From Planctomycetota bacterium (GTDB lineage Bacteria > Planctomycetota > Phycisphaerae > UBA1845): a stretch of DNA of 64,000 nucleotides. Position numbers and translations under genes: made by a program. Within the stretch, counting starts at the first letter, position 1, and every line of letters starts with the position of its first letter. Below, piece by piece: positions 40,501 through 48,100 of the stretch. The stretch is taken from positions 4,512 to 68,511 of the forward strand of contig JAJRWX010000020.1 of assembly GCA_024276605.1 (NCBI GenBank), read 5' to 3'. The notes beneath the pieces are model-generated. The model was given only the letters and a program-made list of their open reading frames with translations. It did no database searches and was not told the DNA's origin.

Positions 40501-40940
40501 ATGGAACCGCACTCCGTAGGTGCCGCTGGATCGCAGCCAACCTGTAGCGCGATCGACTCAGGAAGCGGCGGCGGAAACGGGCTGATGACAAAAGAATTCA
40601 ACTGAAACGAAAAGACGCCGCCGGGCGTAATGCGAATGGCGTTGCTACTATAGACATAAAGCGTACCGGAGGCCGTCGTACGCGCACCGGAAAGACGGTA
40701 CACATCGTCTGCTAAAAAATCAGGGAGCATCCCCGGCCCACCCGGCCCAAATAAATCCGGCGCGGCGATATTGGAGAGCAAAAAGGAGCCATCCGACTCA
40801 ACCCGAACCGTCTGCCCGTTGATCGTCACCGACCAACGCTCGTCGAGCTGACCGAAGGCTTCTGTGGCACAGGCCGCGAGGAGGAGAGTCGCCAGCGCCA
40901 GTCGCCCGGTTATTAGCGAGAAAACATTTTGATGCATCAT
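37569..40940 (-). CDS. Secreted repeat protein: Big_2-like Ig domain plus about 13 propeller-type repeats (...ALYVGGDF...A[KR]WDG..W...)
   Basis: The track ORF is 37569..41120. The internal ATG at 40940 gives a signal peptide (MMHQNVFSLITGRLALATLLLAACATEAFG) and removes the overlap with the upstream gene. I counted the repeats by eye. Confidence 0.8.
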   Translation of the reverse strand: MMHQNVFSLITGRLALATLLLAACATEAFGQLDERWSVTINGQTVRVESDGSFLLSNIAAPDLFGPGGPGMLPDFLADDVYRLSGARTTASGTLYVYSSNAIRITPGGVFSFQLNSFVISPFPPPLPESIALQVGCDPAAPTECGSIFTAGDRRALMILATFAGSAPQEVTLPSPWTTYRSSNANIARIVGDDPDLTLANTINVIGISPGDAFITATDKGATSVVKVTVAYPGDLISTTVEGFVRNTKSEPVDNASITVQIPTTGPNGEPPSQPIGTGTSDATGYFAVGVNLPLSTTPEIFADATITVTGKTESGISALAEPVPDGITDVGIITIDNTCDEPWATAFGPTTFEGFDIFAMAVFDDDGTGPNPPALFVAGNFSSAGGTPANNIAKWDGQRWHALVDSTTSVDGVNDNVFDLAVIDLNDGLGEALYAVGAFQTAGGTSVNRVAKWNGRDWMGFGIGIANTPYAVAAYDDDGNGPNPPALFVGGDFFQTGDGTPANRLAKWNPATGTWSAIGVGIGIDNGIVLDLAVFNDGTSSSQLYIGGDFFVDSNPDFVSIAKWDGTTISRVGYDGLGGAGRKVTSLVVFDDGSGIGTALYAGGTFSDPKNSIDSSVILRNMARWDGAVWSALGNSLDGEVLALAGLDDGVSRILYASGQFSDVNIGSGANLRRVAQWNGTAWSSMGNGIESTGTALTVFDDGNGAALYVGGKVGDGADCDAAGGGGVLNEQGYVAKWDAPEWSVLSNGLNDEVKALVVHDDGSGTALYAGGSFIPSKGPCDSNESNFPSSAVARFDGVTWSSLGSGMDCTGIQCVASVNALANFDEDGAEPNPPLLFAGGDFVKAGNSTANNVARWDGTNWSAVGSVGGIVESLAVFNDGANGSALYAGGVFPGGIKMWDGAVWTTIGGGVNGGSVFAMDVFDDGSGPKLYVGGDFTDAGNVPGTANLARWDGSAWSAVGGIINGSVHALYVFDDGSGSALYVGGDFLTIGTMSVNRIAKLDNAGNWSGMDNGLGANRVDTLMAFGVGQGLRLYAGGDFTMTTGGVSVNHLAKWTGSTWIPVGLSGRPGNDPGGGVTGTGMVAVQALAVFDDGVNGPALFTGGAFDKANGIPSSNIAKLGCR

Positions 40941-40971
40941 AGGACTCCGTATTACGCGGCGACTCGATTCT

Positions 40972-42183
40972 CTACCTATCGCGGCCACCCAACTGCGGCC
41001 CTCTTGATTCCTTATCTTTTTTTCGTTTCCGAAGAATGTTCTCAACAGCCCGCTCCAGGAAACGCTCTTCCATTTGCACGAGGGATGACGCAGCTTGTTG
41101 TCGGAGTGCTTCGTCTGCATCGTTTGCCGCCATGTTCTTCAGGGCCGCCTTTAGCTGTGGGTGTATCTCGTAGTCCTCACGAGAACGAATCACCACCCAG
41201 TCCTCTCCGAACGACCAGACTAATGACTGTAATGCAGCTTTTCGAACATTCTCAAAAGGGCTGGTCATGCCTCTTAGCGCGATCTCACGGATTCGTTCTC
41301 GATGTGCAGCGTCAGTGTGGAAAGTACCTTGCGATCGCGCACCCAACCCTGCGAATGATCCCACAATCATCTGCTGGGCATCCTCGTCGAGGTCGTCGCG
41401 TTCGGCTAGTTTTACCACTTCTTCAACACCGCCAATTCCATAGACGGTTCCTAACGCCAAAACCCTCAGCCGATAGGCCACGGACGATCGACTGGTTCTT
41501 CCTTCGCCAATTTGGGATTCTAGTTTTGGAAGAGGCATGATATCTCTTAATCGTATGACTCTATTCTCAAATACTAACTCCTCGGAGCAAAAGAGGTGGA
41601 CAGCGTTTTCCAAGAAATCCTTAGCCGAAGGCCCAAACACTGCCAGTGTTTTGACGATGACCTTGTACTGGTCTAGTGATTGGGACGGATCACGCTGATC
41701 CAAGTGGGAACCGTTCCATTGCGCAAGAAGCACCACGACAGCCCTTTTGCGAATGTGTTCATTCAGTTGGGCAAGCGCTTTGGCGCAACTTGCCACTATA
41801 GACGAATCTGTTTCGATCAGACCGATCAATAATTGCTGATGTGCTCGTTCGTCATTTCGATCATTCAGTTGTCCCAGTATTGCATACAGCGTCCTTCGCG
41901 GAACTACAACCCGAAACCTAGCGTCATTTCTAAGGGCGTCAACTACAGCCGGAATGACTTCCTTTAGTGGTAATTGCTTTAGCGTATTCAGGACAACGGC
42001 GTATTGCGGGTGCAAAGACGAACTGGTAGGTTCACCATAGTTCGCACACAACTCGTCAAACATTCTTACCATTGTGCCAGAAGTATGTTCTTCTTGTGCA
42101 ACGACTTGGGTCGGCCTACCCAAACACCCGAGAATTGCTATCAGTAGCAATACCGTCGCATAGCGTGCATTAAGAAATCTCAT
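40972..42183 (-). CDS. Secreted alpha-helical (HEAT/ARM-like) repeat protein, function unknown
   Basis: The track ORF is 40972..42252. The ATG at 42183 gives a signal-like MRFLNARYATVLLLIAILGCLG and avoids overlap with the giant gene's stop. Confidence 0.55.
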   Translation of the reverse strand: MRFLNARYATVLLLIAILGCLGRPTQVVAQEEHTSGTMVRMFDELCANYGEPTSSSLHPQYAVVLNTLKQLPLKEVIPAVVDALRNDARFRVVVPRRTLYAILGQLNDRNDERAHQQLLIGLIETDSSIVASCAKALAQLNEHIRKRAVVVLLAQWNGSHLDQRDPSQSLDQYKVIVKTLAVFGPSAKDFLENAVHLFCSEELVFENRVIRLRDIMPLPKLESQIGEGRTSRSSVAYRLRVLALGTVYGIGGVEEVVKLAERDDLDEDAQQMIVGSFAGLGARSQGTFHTDAAHRERIREIALRGMTSPFENVRKAALQSLVWSFGEDWVVIRSREDYEIHPQLKAALKNMAANDADEALRQQAASSLVQMEERFLERAVENILRKRKKDKESRGPQLGGRDR

Positions 42184-42208
42184 GTCAAGCTCTCCAATTG
42201 TCCATCCA

Positions 42209-45200
42209 TCAAGGTACTGGTTGCCAATCACCAAGCGCTGGCATTGCATCAAGTATTACGATGTCCTCTCCTCCGAGGAGAGGAGGGAACAGGTCATCTG
42301 GATCGGGCGTTCGGCCTGCGGCACAGGGATCGAAGATATAGACCTGGACTCCATTGAAATATAACTCATGCCATGGAAATGCGTCGTGCCAGCTACCACT
42401 ACCTGGTTTGATACGCCACTCAAAGGGACTAAGAACGCCGTTGACGCAGGTTTGCCGAAACTCGAAGGTAATGTGAGCATCAATCGCAGGGGCAGCGGTT
42501 ACACATGGATTTCCACCGACCAGATCAAACTGAACTTCGCTGATGGAGTTGCTAACATGGGTCAAAACAGCGGATAGTGTATTTCCATTCGCACCATTCG
42601 CGGCTGTGGCGACGCACTCCGGTGCGGCAGTGGCGGCAATACAGTCGGTACAGAAACTCGGACAAACTTGTCCCGATGGACATGTAACGATGTTGCTCGC
42701 TTGGTCGTTGTAGCCGAATGTTGTACCAAAGGATACCTGTGATCCCCGAACCCCGTTCGTCATCGCGCCACTCGCCATCTTCGGGCTGACGCTGACATGA
42801 TAGGACTGAAACGTCCGGCTTGGCGAACCAGCATATGCGAAGTTACGATTGTCGCCTTGGAAGAAGTCCGTAATGCCCGGTAGCCACCCTGTCGAAACCG
42901 CACGGCAGGCGATAAACGCCTTGTATCGTATCTCGACTTCGCCGTATTCAACGATATTAAGCAACACTTTGTCTTCGCAGGATATTCCGTTCTTGATAAA
43001 CGAGAGTGTCAACTCGACAGGACCGGGTGTCAGCGCTTCGACCCACGAATCGTAGGTATTGTACACACCCGTTGACAAGTAGAAATCATCGCGAAGATTT
43101 GCGCCCATCGGCACCAATACCCAGTCATCGTTGAACGGGGCCGCTGCGGCGGGGTTGATCGCCAGCAGACGGACCGATCCAGTGCCTCCTGTTTGAGTAA
43201 TTGTGATTGCAGAACCCGCCAAAACTCCGTCGTCTTCGGGAAGAACGAAGGCATTACACGCAATCAGACCATTTAGCGCAATTGAAGTTCCATCTGCAGT
43301 CAATGGGGACGCATCCGCCTTGTCGGCAACCGGATCACCGGTAGCATCCAACTTGCCTTCATCGAAGTCGTTATTCGTCGCAACCTTCAAACCCGGCAGT
43401 GTTTCCTCCGCATTCTCAGCGATCCCGCCAATTTCCATGTCCACATCCACCACCGTGATCTTGACAATGTCCGTACATGTGCTCGGACCGTTTTCGTACT
43501 TGAGCGTCAGCGTCACATCACGAGCGGAGGCGCTTGCAACGACACCCTCTACCCAGACATTCATAGGCATGTCCGCCAGGGCATTGCACCCTGCTTCGCT
43601 GGGCGTGGCCCAGCAGGCGGGGAGGGTGATCGGGTCGCTACGATCTGGAGCTTTGTAGACCTTTACCTTGCTCGAACTGGTCGATAGGGTAACTTTCCAT
43701 TCGGTCGCACCCGAGACCGATAGAGTCAGCATACGAAGGTCATCTTCACCAGCCGTCGGAGAGCCTTCGTCCTTGTCAGGTGTTCCGTTGTTGTTGTCGT
43801 CATCATCATTGACGCACAAGAATCCCCCAGGGTTTTCTTCGTCTTCGTCCGAGATACCAGCCAAGTCTAAGTCCGGTTCGATCGCCTCGGCCATCTTTGG
43901 GCCGATAGTGATGTCAGACGGCGGACATTCGCGCTCGGCCATAGCGGTGTAGACGATGTAGTAAGTGCCGGGCTTTGTTGTGAGAATCGTGGCCACGGAA
44001 CCCGATCCTTTGACCGTCGTGCCGTCCGGTTTGGTAACGGTCCACTTGTAGTTGGGCGTGACTGCGGGAATGGGCATCTTTGCCGTACAGTCCACGCGCT
44101 TGATGCCGCCGCTGTCCACGACGCCGCTGGCGGTGAAGGTGATGGTGTCTCCGACGCAGACCGGATCGCGGTCCACATCAATCATCCCGCCGCTCAGTGA
44201 GCCATTGTCCAGGCACCCTTCGCAATCCTGCGAACAGCACTCGCCGTTTCCGCAGCACCGCTCCGGCGGGCAGCAGGTTGTCCCACCGCAGCATGGTTCA
44301 CTCGCGGTGCAACATCCCTCTCCGCAGCATTCGACTTCGCAGCAGTGATCGCCGCAGCATAAGGTTCCCGCAGCATTGCAGGGGCAGCAAGGGTCAGGAT
44401 TGTTGCAACAGGGATCGTTAGCACCTTCCCCGCAGCATGGGTCTGCCGCAACGAGCAAGATTGACGACGCTACAGAATCATCTTCATCAGCGGGGGCAAC
44501 GGCTGCTACTGCAGCGGCTGCGCAACACGGGTTGTCCGGGTTGCAGCAGGGATCGGGATTGCCGCAGCACGGGTCATTCGAGTTGCAACAAGGGTCATCG
44601 CTGCCACAGCATGGATTGTCTGGATTGCAACATCGATTCGGATTGCCACAACAGGGATCGTTCGAGTTGCAGCATGGATCTTCACTGCCACAGCAGGGGT
44701 TGTCAGGATTACAACAACGATCGGGATTATTGCAGCAGGGACCGCCCCCATTGCAGCACGGGTCCGGGTCTTCACAACAGGGATCGCCCTGACAGCAGCG
44801 GTCATAACAACAACCGCTAGCATCTCCTTCGCATTCATCGTATTCGCAATCGCCAGTAACCGAATACGGTGGGCAGTTGCAGCCCCAACCGGCTAGTGAC
44901 AAGCCCGTGCCGGGATCGCTGACGATGCGCGAGCCGTCACCGGTGACCTGGCCCGTGGCTACGATCTCGAAGCGCGATGTGCCGTGGTTGAAGCTCAGGA
45001 AGTACGCAATCGACCCGGCGGGTAGGCCGGACATGTTCGGGTAGGTGATTTGGATTGGTGGATCGAACATCGCGCCGCTCGGCTGGAGTGTCCAGGAGAA
45101 CGGCGGTGACGCACCGTCGGGGATCGGCATGGGGATGTCGTCGGCATGCACCTGGTTGAGGTAGATCGGCTGGCCGTCGGGCGCGGGTTGGCCACTAGCG

Positions 45201-48100
45201 AGCGTCATCGATCCGGCCTTGACAACCATCTTCAACCCCTCCATGCCTTCGACCTTCAGGATGGTATCCGGGTCGCCGGGCGTGGCGCTGTAGGTGTTCT
45301 TCACGTTGTTGGGATTCAGCGACGGCAGCAGGACCGGCGTGGGCAGCGAGTTGGCCGCATTGGGAACAACGATGGTTTCGTAGTGAAGGGACGGGAAAGT
45401 GCCCGGCGGTTTGTCGCATTGAGGGGTTGTGCAGGTCGGACCGCCAATGTGGACCTGACCCGATCCGTCCACGTACAGATCGGTCTTCCCCGAACCGGAC
45501 ACATTGTCGAACTGAAATCGTCCGTTTATGTCGGTAACCGTGTCCGGCATGAACACCCCGCCGACCGCCAGTCTGCAAGTCGCGCCTCCAATGGGCTGAC
45601 TAGCGTTGTTGAGCACGATGCCGGAAAAGCTGGTGACCACGGCCTCGTCGCGCACCAGGCCAAAAATCACGAACCGGGCGGGCTGCATGGTCGGGTTGGC
45701 CACTGGCCTCACTTCGACGACGTTGTTGCCCCAGTCGGGGCCGAGTGTAAAATCTACCTGTGCGTGACCGGTGCGACCGGTATATACCGTCACGCTCTGC
45801 CCAGTAACGATGTTTGGCTGGCTGACCGGGTCCGATTCACGGCACGGGAGCGGCGAAGTGTTTCCTGTAACCTTTCCCCCTCCTTTTACAACGGTAAATG
45901 TCACCGGTACCGGGCAGACCCCGTTGCAAGCGTCGCTGACCCAGACGCGCAGCGGCTCCGGCGCCGGGCCGCCGGCTTCGGCTCGCTGGTTGTTGCCCGT
46001 GCCGATGTTGATCTGATTGACCGGCGCGGGCGCAGCCGAGGCGCAGAAGGCCACTGTCCCCGCGATGCTCATCGACTTCACCTCGACGCGGTTGTTCCCG
46101 CAACCAGCGTCGTAGCCGAGCCGCCAGTATGCGCGAGCCTCGCCATTGGCGTCGGTGCGTACCTGGAACATCATGCTGCCGGGGTCCATGTTGCCGGGCA
46201 TCGGCGTGATCTCCGCCGCCGTGGCCCCGAGCCGACCGTTGCTGCGTGTCACATCGAAGGTGACAACCTTGTTGACGAACGGGGTGCCGTCCGCGCGGGT
46301 CATCCGAACGACGATCGGTGATGGCAACACCGTCCCCATCTGACCAGTCTGAGCGTTACCGGATACGACGATCATTTGCGGCGTGCCGGAAGGAATCGCC
46401 ACCTGAGTGACGATAATCTGCTTGGTGATGGAGTTGCCCATCTCGTCCGTGGCCGTCGCGTCGATGACGGTTGGCTGGTCGATCGGTCCCAGGGGTACGC
46501 TCGGCGCGAAGAAGGTTCCGTTGTTGCCGATCCCGACATCCACGATAGCATCGATGGGATTGGCCATGTCTCCGTTGACGACGAGTTGTACCTGCAGGCC
46601 CATGAACCCGCTGAGCATATCGCCGACGCGGCCCGCCACATCGGTCGTAGTCGTGGTGATCTGCGCGGCGCCGGTGGGGAAGTCGATGAACAGATGCGGC
46701 GGCTCGGTATCGTGTGTCACGCTCGTAACCGTCGGAGGACTGCGGACACCGGCGCAGGTACTCAGGGTCGTGAAGAATATGTGGCTGACCCGATCGGAGA
46801 TAAGTGGTAGATCAATGGTGAAGGTGCCGTTGGAAACCGGGGCCGTGAATGTCCCCGCCGGACTCACCGTTTCGACCGATGTGCCTCCGGGGGCGTTGCC
46901 CGTGATCGTGACCGATGTAGCCGTCGTCATGGTCGTGTGTGCATTAAGTGTTGGCACGGGCGGCGGAATCAGCCCCGTCACCACCGGCGGCACAGTCGGA
47001 GCGATTAGCAACTCACCTGATTGATCGGCAAGGGCGTTACTGATGTTGATGGTGTAGGTGCCGCATTGGGGAAGCGGCGGCACAAAATTGTAAACGGCGG
47101 TCATGCCAAATGGCCCACCAACTCCCGATGTCGGGACTATGAGATTATTGCCGCCGTCTACAAGAAAGCAGGTGCGTTCGTTTATCCTCAAATCGGAAAT
47201 TATCTCATTGAAGTCGATTACGATTCTGTCGAACGAGCCTAGGAGTCCACTGCTTGGCTCTCGAATCGCGGTCACAATCGGCGGTGTTCCATCGGTAGTG
47301 GGAAGCGTTCGTCCTTCTGCCAGGCGGAAGATGGCCACATCTTGGGCATTGACAATTCCATCAACATTCAGGTCAGCCCGACTGTCGAACCTAGCCCCCC
47401 CTATAACACTCGGCAGGGCATCACGAATAATAATTCCATCCGGTCCATCGACCACGCCGTCTCGGTTGGCATCGCCTTGAAGGATGTTGATCCGAAACAC
47501 CGCCTGCCCGCCGCGAACACCGTCGCCCGAAGGCAGCACAGCACTCAAGGGATCAGCGATCTCGCCGTCCAGTTCGTTACCGACAATGTCCGTTACGGTG
47601 TAGTCCACCACCACCGTGAGCCGATCGTCGCGGACGGGTGAAGCGAAACTCACTGTCAGGATGTAGGTAACGACGTCGTAGGATGAGGTGAAATTGGTAA
47701 CGTTTCCAGCACCTACCGTCCATATGGTAATGGCCCCTGTTGGAATCGGAGTCGTTACAGGCTCCGTAAAGCCGATCTGAATTTCACGCAACCCAAGATT
47801 ATCCACGATCCATCTACCCGGCGTAGGCGACAGCCGATCAATCCGGGGTGGCGTTGCATCGAGGGCACGGCGTGGTATGGGCTTCCGCGACTTCTTGGAT
47901 AGTACGATTGACTGCCGAACGCTTGGTCGCGATTTTTTGGGCTTGGTTGATACCTGCGCGACCGAGTTATCGCCGGAAAGTTGTGTCTTTGACACATGCG
48001 GATCCAGCGGACCATCATTAAGTGTAGCAACAGCAAGCACATCAACACCAAATAACAGCGTTATACCAAACCATGACCAGAAGATGACACTTTTTATCAC
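42209..48100 (-). CDS. Giant (1963 aa) secreted multidomain protein with SbsA/Big-like Ig domains, a dockerin-type EF-hand pair, a CarboxypepD_reg-like domain, a Cys-Cys heptad region, a PKD-like domain and an unknown C-terminal region
   Basis: N-terminal hydrophobic anchor or signal. GDANRDGVVDGPD and ADLNVDGIVNAQD dockerin repeats. Big_1-like VVSGNAQTGQMGTVLPSPIVV. Its ATGA overlap with the upstream gene indicates an operon. Confidence 0.85.
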   Translation of the reverse strand: MIKSVIFWSWFGITLLFGVDVLAVATLNDGPLDPHVSKTQLSGDNSVAQVSTKPKKSRPSVRQSIVLSKKSRKPIPRRALDATPPRIDRLSPTPGRWIVDNLGLREIQIGFTEPVTTPIPTGAITIWTVGAGNVTNFTSSYDVVTYILTVSFASPVRDDRLTVVVDYTVTDIVGNELDGEIADPLSAVLPSGDGVRGGQAVFRINILQGDANRDGVVDGPDGIIIRDALPSVIGGARFDSRADLNVDGIVNAQDVAIFRLAEGRTLPTTDGTPPIVTAIREPSSGLLGSFDRIVIDFNEIISDLRINERTCFLVDGGNNLIVPTSGVGGPFGMTAVYNFVPPLPQCGTYTINISNALADQSGELLIAPTVPPVVTGLIPPPVPTLNAHTTMTTATSVTITGNAPGGTSVETVSPAGTFTAPVSNGTFTIDLPLISDRVSHIFFTTLSTCAGVRSPPTVTSVTHDTEPPHLFIDFPTGAAQITTTTTDVAGRVGDMLSGFMGLQVQLVVNGDMANPIDAIVDVGIGNNGTFFAPSVPLGPIDQPTVIDATATDEMGNSITKQIIVTQVAIPSGTPQMIVVSGNAQTGQMGTVLPSPIVVRMTRADGTPFVNKVVTFDVTRSNGRLGATAAEITPMPGNMDPGSMMFQVRTDANGEARAYWRLGYDAGCGNNRVEVKSMSIAGTVAFCASAAPAPVNQINIGTGNNQRAEAGGPAPEPLRVWVSDACNGVCPVPVTFTVVKGGGKVTGNTSPLPCRESDPVSQPNIVTGQSVTVYTGRTGHAQVDFTLGPDWGNNVVEVRPVANPTMQPARFVIFGLVRDEAVVTSFSGIVLNNASQPIGGATCRLAVGGVFMPDTVTDINGRFQFDNVSGSGKTDLYVDGSGQVHIGGPTCTTPQCDKPPGTFPSLHYETIVVPNAANSLPTPVLLPSLNPNNVKNTYSATPGDPDTILKVEGMEGLKMVVKAGSMTLASGQPAPDGQPIYLNQVHADDIPMPIPDGASPPFSWTLQPSGAMFDPPIQITYPNMSGLPAGSIAYFLSFNHGTSRFEIVATGQVTGDGSRIVSDPGTGLSLAGWGCNCPPYSVTGDCEYDECEGDASGCCYDRCCQGDPCCEDPDPCCNGGGPCCNNPDRCCNPDNPCCGSEDPCCNSNDPCCGNPNRCCNPDNPCCGSDDPCCNSNDPCCGNPDPCCNPDNPCCAAAAVAAVAPADEDDSVASSILLVAADPCCGEGANDPCCNNPDPCCPCNAAGTLCCGDHCCEVECCGEGCCTASEPCCGGTTCCPPERCCGNGECCSQDCEGCLDNGSLSGGMIDVDRDPVCVGDTITFTASGVVDSGGIKRVDCTAKMPIPAVTPNYKWTVTKPDGTTVKGSGSVATILTTKPGTYYIVYTAMAERECPPSDITIGPKMAEAIEPDLDLAGISDEDEENPGGFLCVNDDDDNNNGTPDKDEGSPTAGEDDLRMLTLSVSGATEWKVTLSTSSSKVKVYKAPDRSDPITLPACWATPSEAGCNALADMPMNVWVEGVVASASARDVTLTLKYENGPSTCTDIVKITVVDVDMEIGGIAENAEETLPGLKVATNNDFDEGKLDATGDPVADKADASPLTADGTSIALNGLIACNAFVLPEDDGVLAGSAITITQTGGTGSVRLLAINPAAAAPFNDDWVLVPMGANLRDDFYLSTGVYNTYDSWVEALTPGPVELTLSFIKNGISCEDKVLLNIVEYGEVEIRYKAFIACRAVSTGWLPGITDFFQGDNRNFAYAGSPSRTFQSYHVSVSPKMASGAMTNGVRGSQVSFGTTFGYNDQASNIVTCPSGQVCPSFCTDCIAATAAPECVATAANGANGNTLSAVLTHVSNSISEVQFDLVGGNPCVTAAPAIDAHITFEFRQTCVNGVLSPFEWRIKPGSGSWHDAFPWHELYFNGVQVYIFDPCAAGRTPDPDDLFPPLLGGEDIVILDAMPALGDWQPVP
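44210..44890 (-). repeat. Coding repeat: 26 vicinal Cys-Cys pairs, mostly CC-X5 heptads, including a 28-aa super-repeat
   Basis: Translation reads ...CCNPDNPCCGSEDPCCNSNDPCCGNPNRCCNPDNPCCGSDDPCCNSNDPCCGNPDPCCNPDNPCC, then an Ala-rich linker, then ...PCCGEGANDPCCNNPDPCCPC...CCGNGECCSQDCEGC. A 21-nt periodicity is visible in the DNA. Confidence 0.9.

Noticed and set aside
40941-41120. Long N-terminal extensions of the listed ORFs (37569..41120, 40972..42252 and 48097..50445)
   Set aside because: The extensions overlap the 3' ends of the upstream genes or lack signal-peptide character. Internal ATGs at 40940, 42183 and 50325 each open directly onto a canonical signal peptide.
45146-46321. 391-aa plus-strand ORF, with similar long ORFs at 46407..47024, 49270..50031, 50526..51176, 40929..41540, 39673..40089 and 43203..43658
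   Set aside because: All lie antisense to, or out of frame within, large minus-strand genes that have clear domain signatures. Their translations are Arg/Gly/His/Ser-rich and low in complexity. They are typical shadow ORFs.
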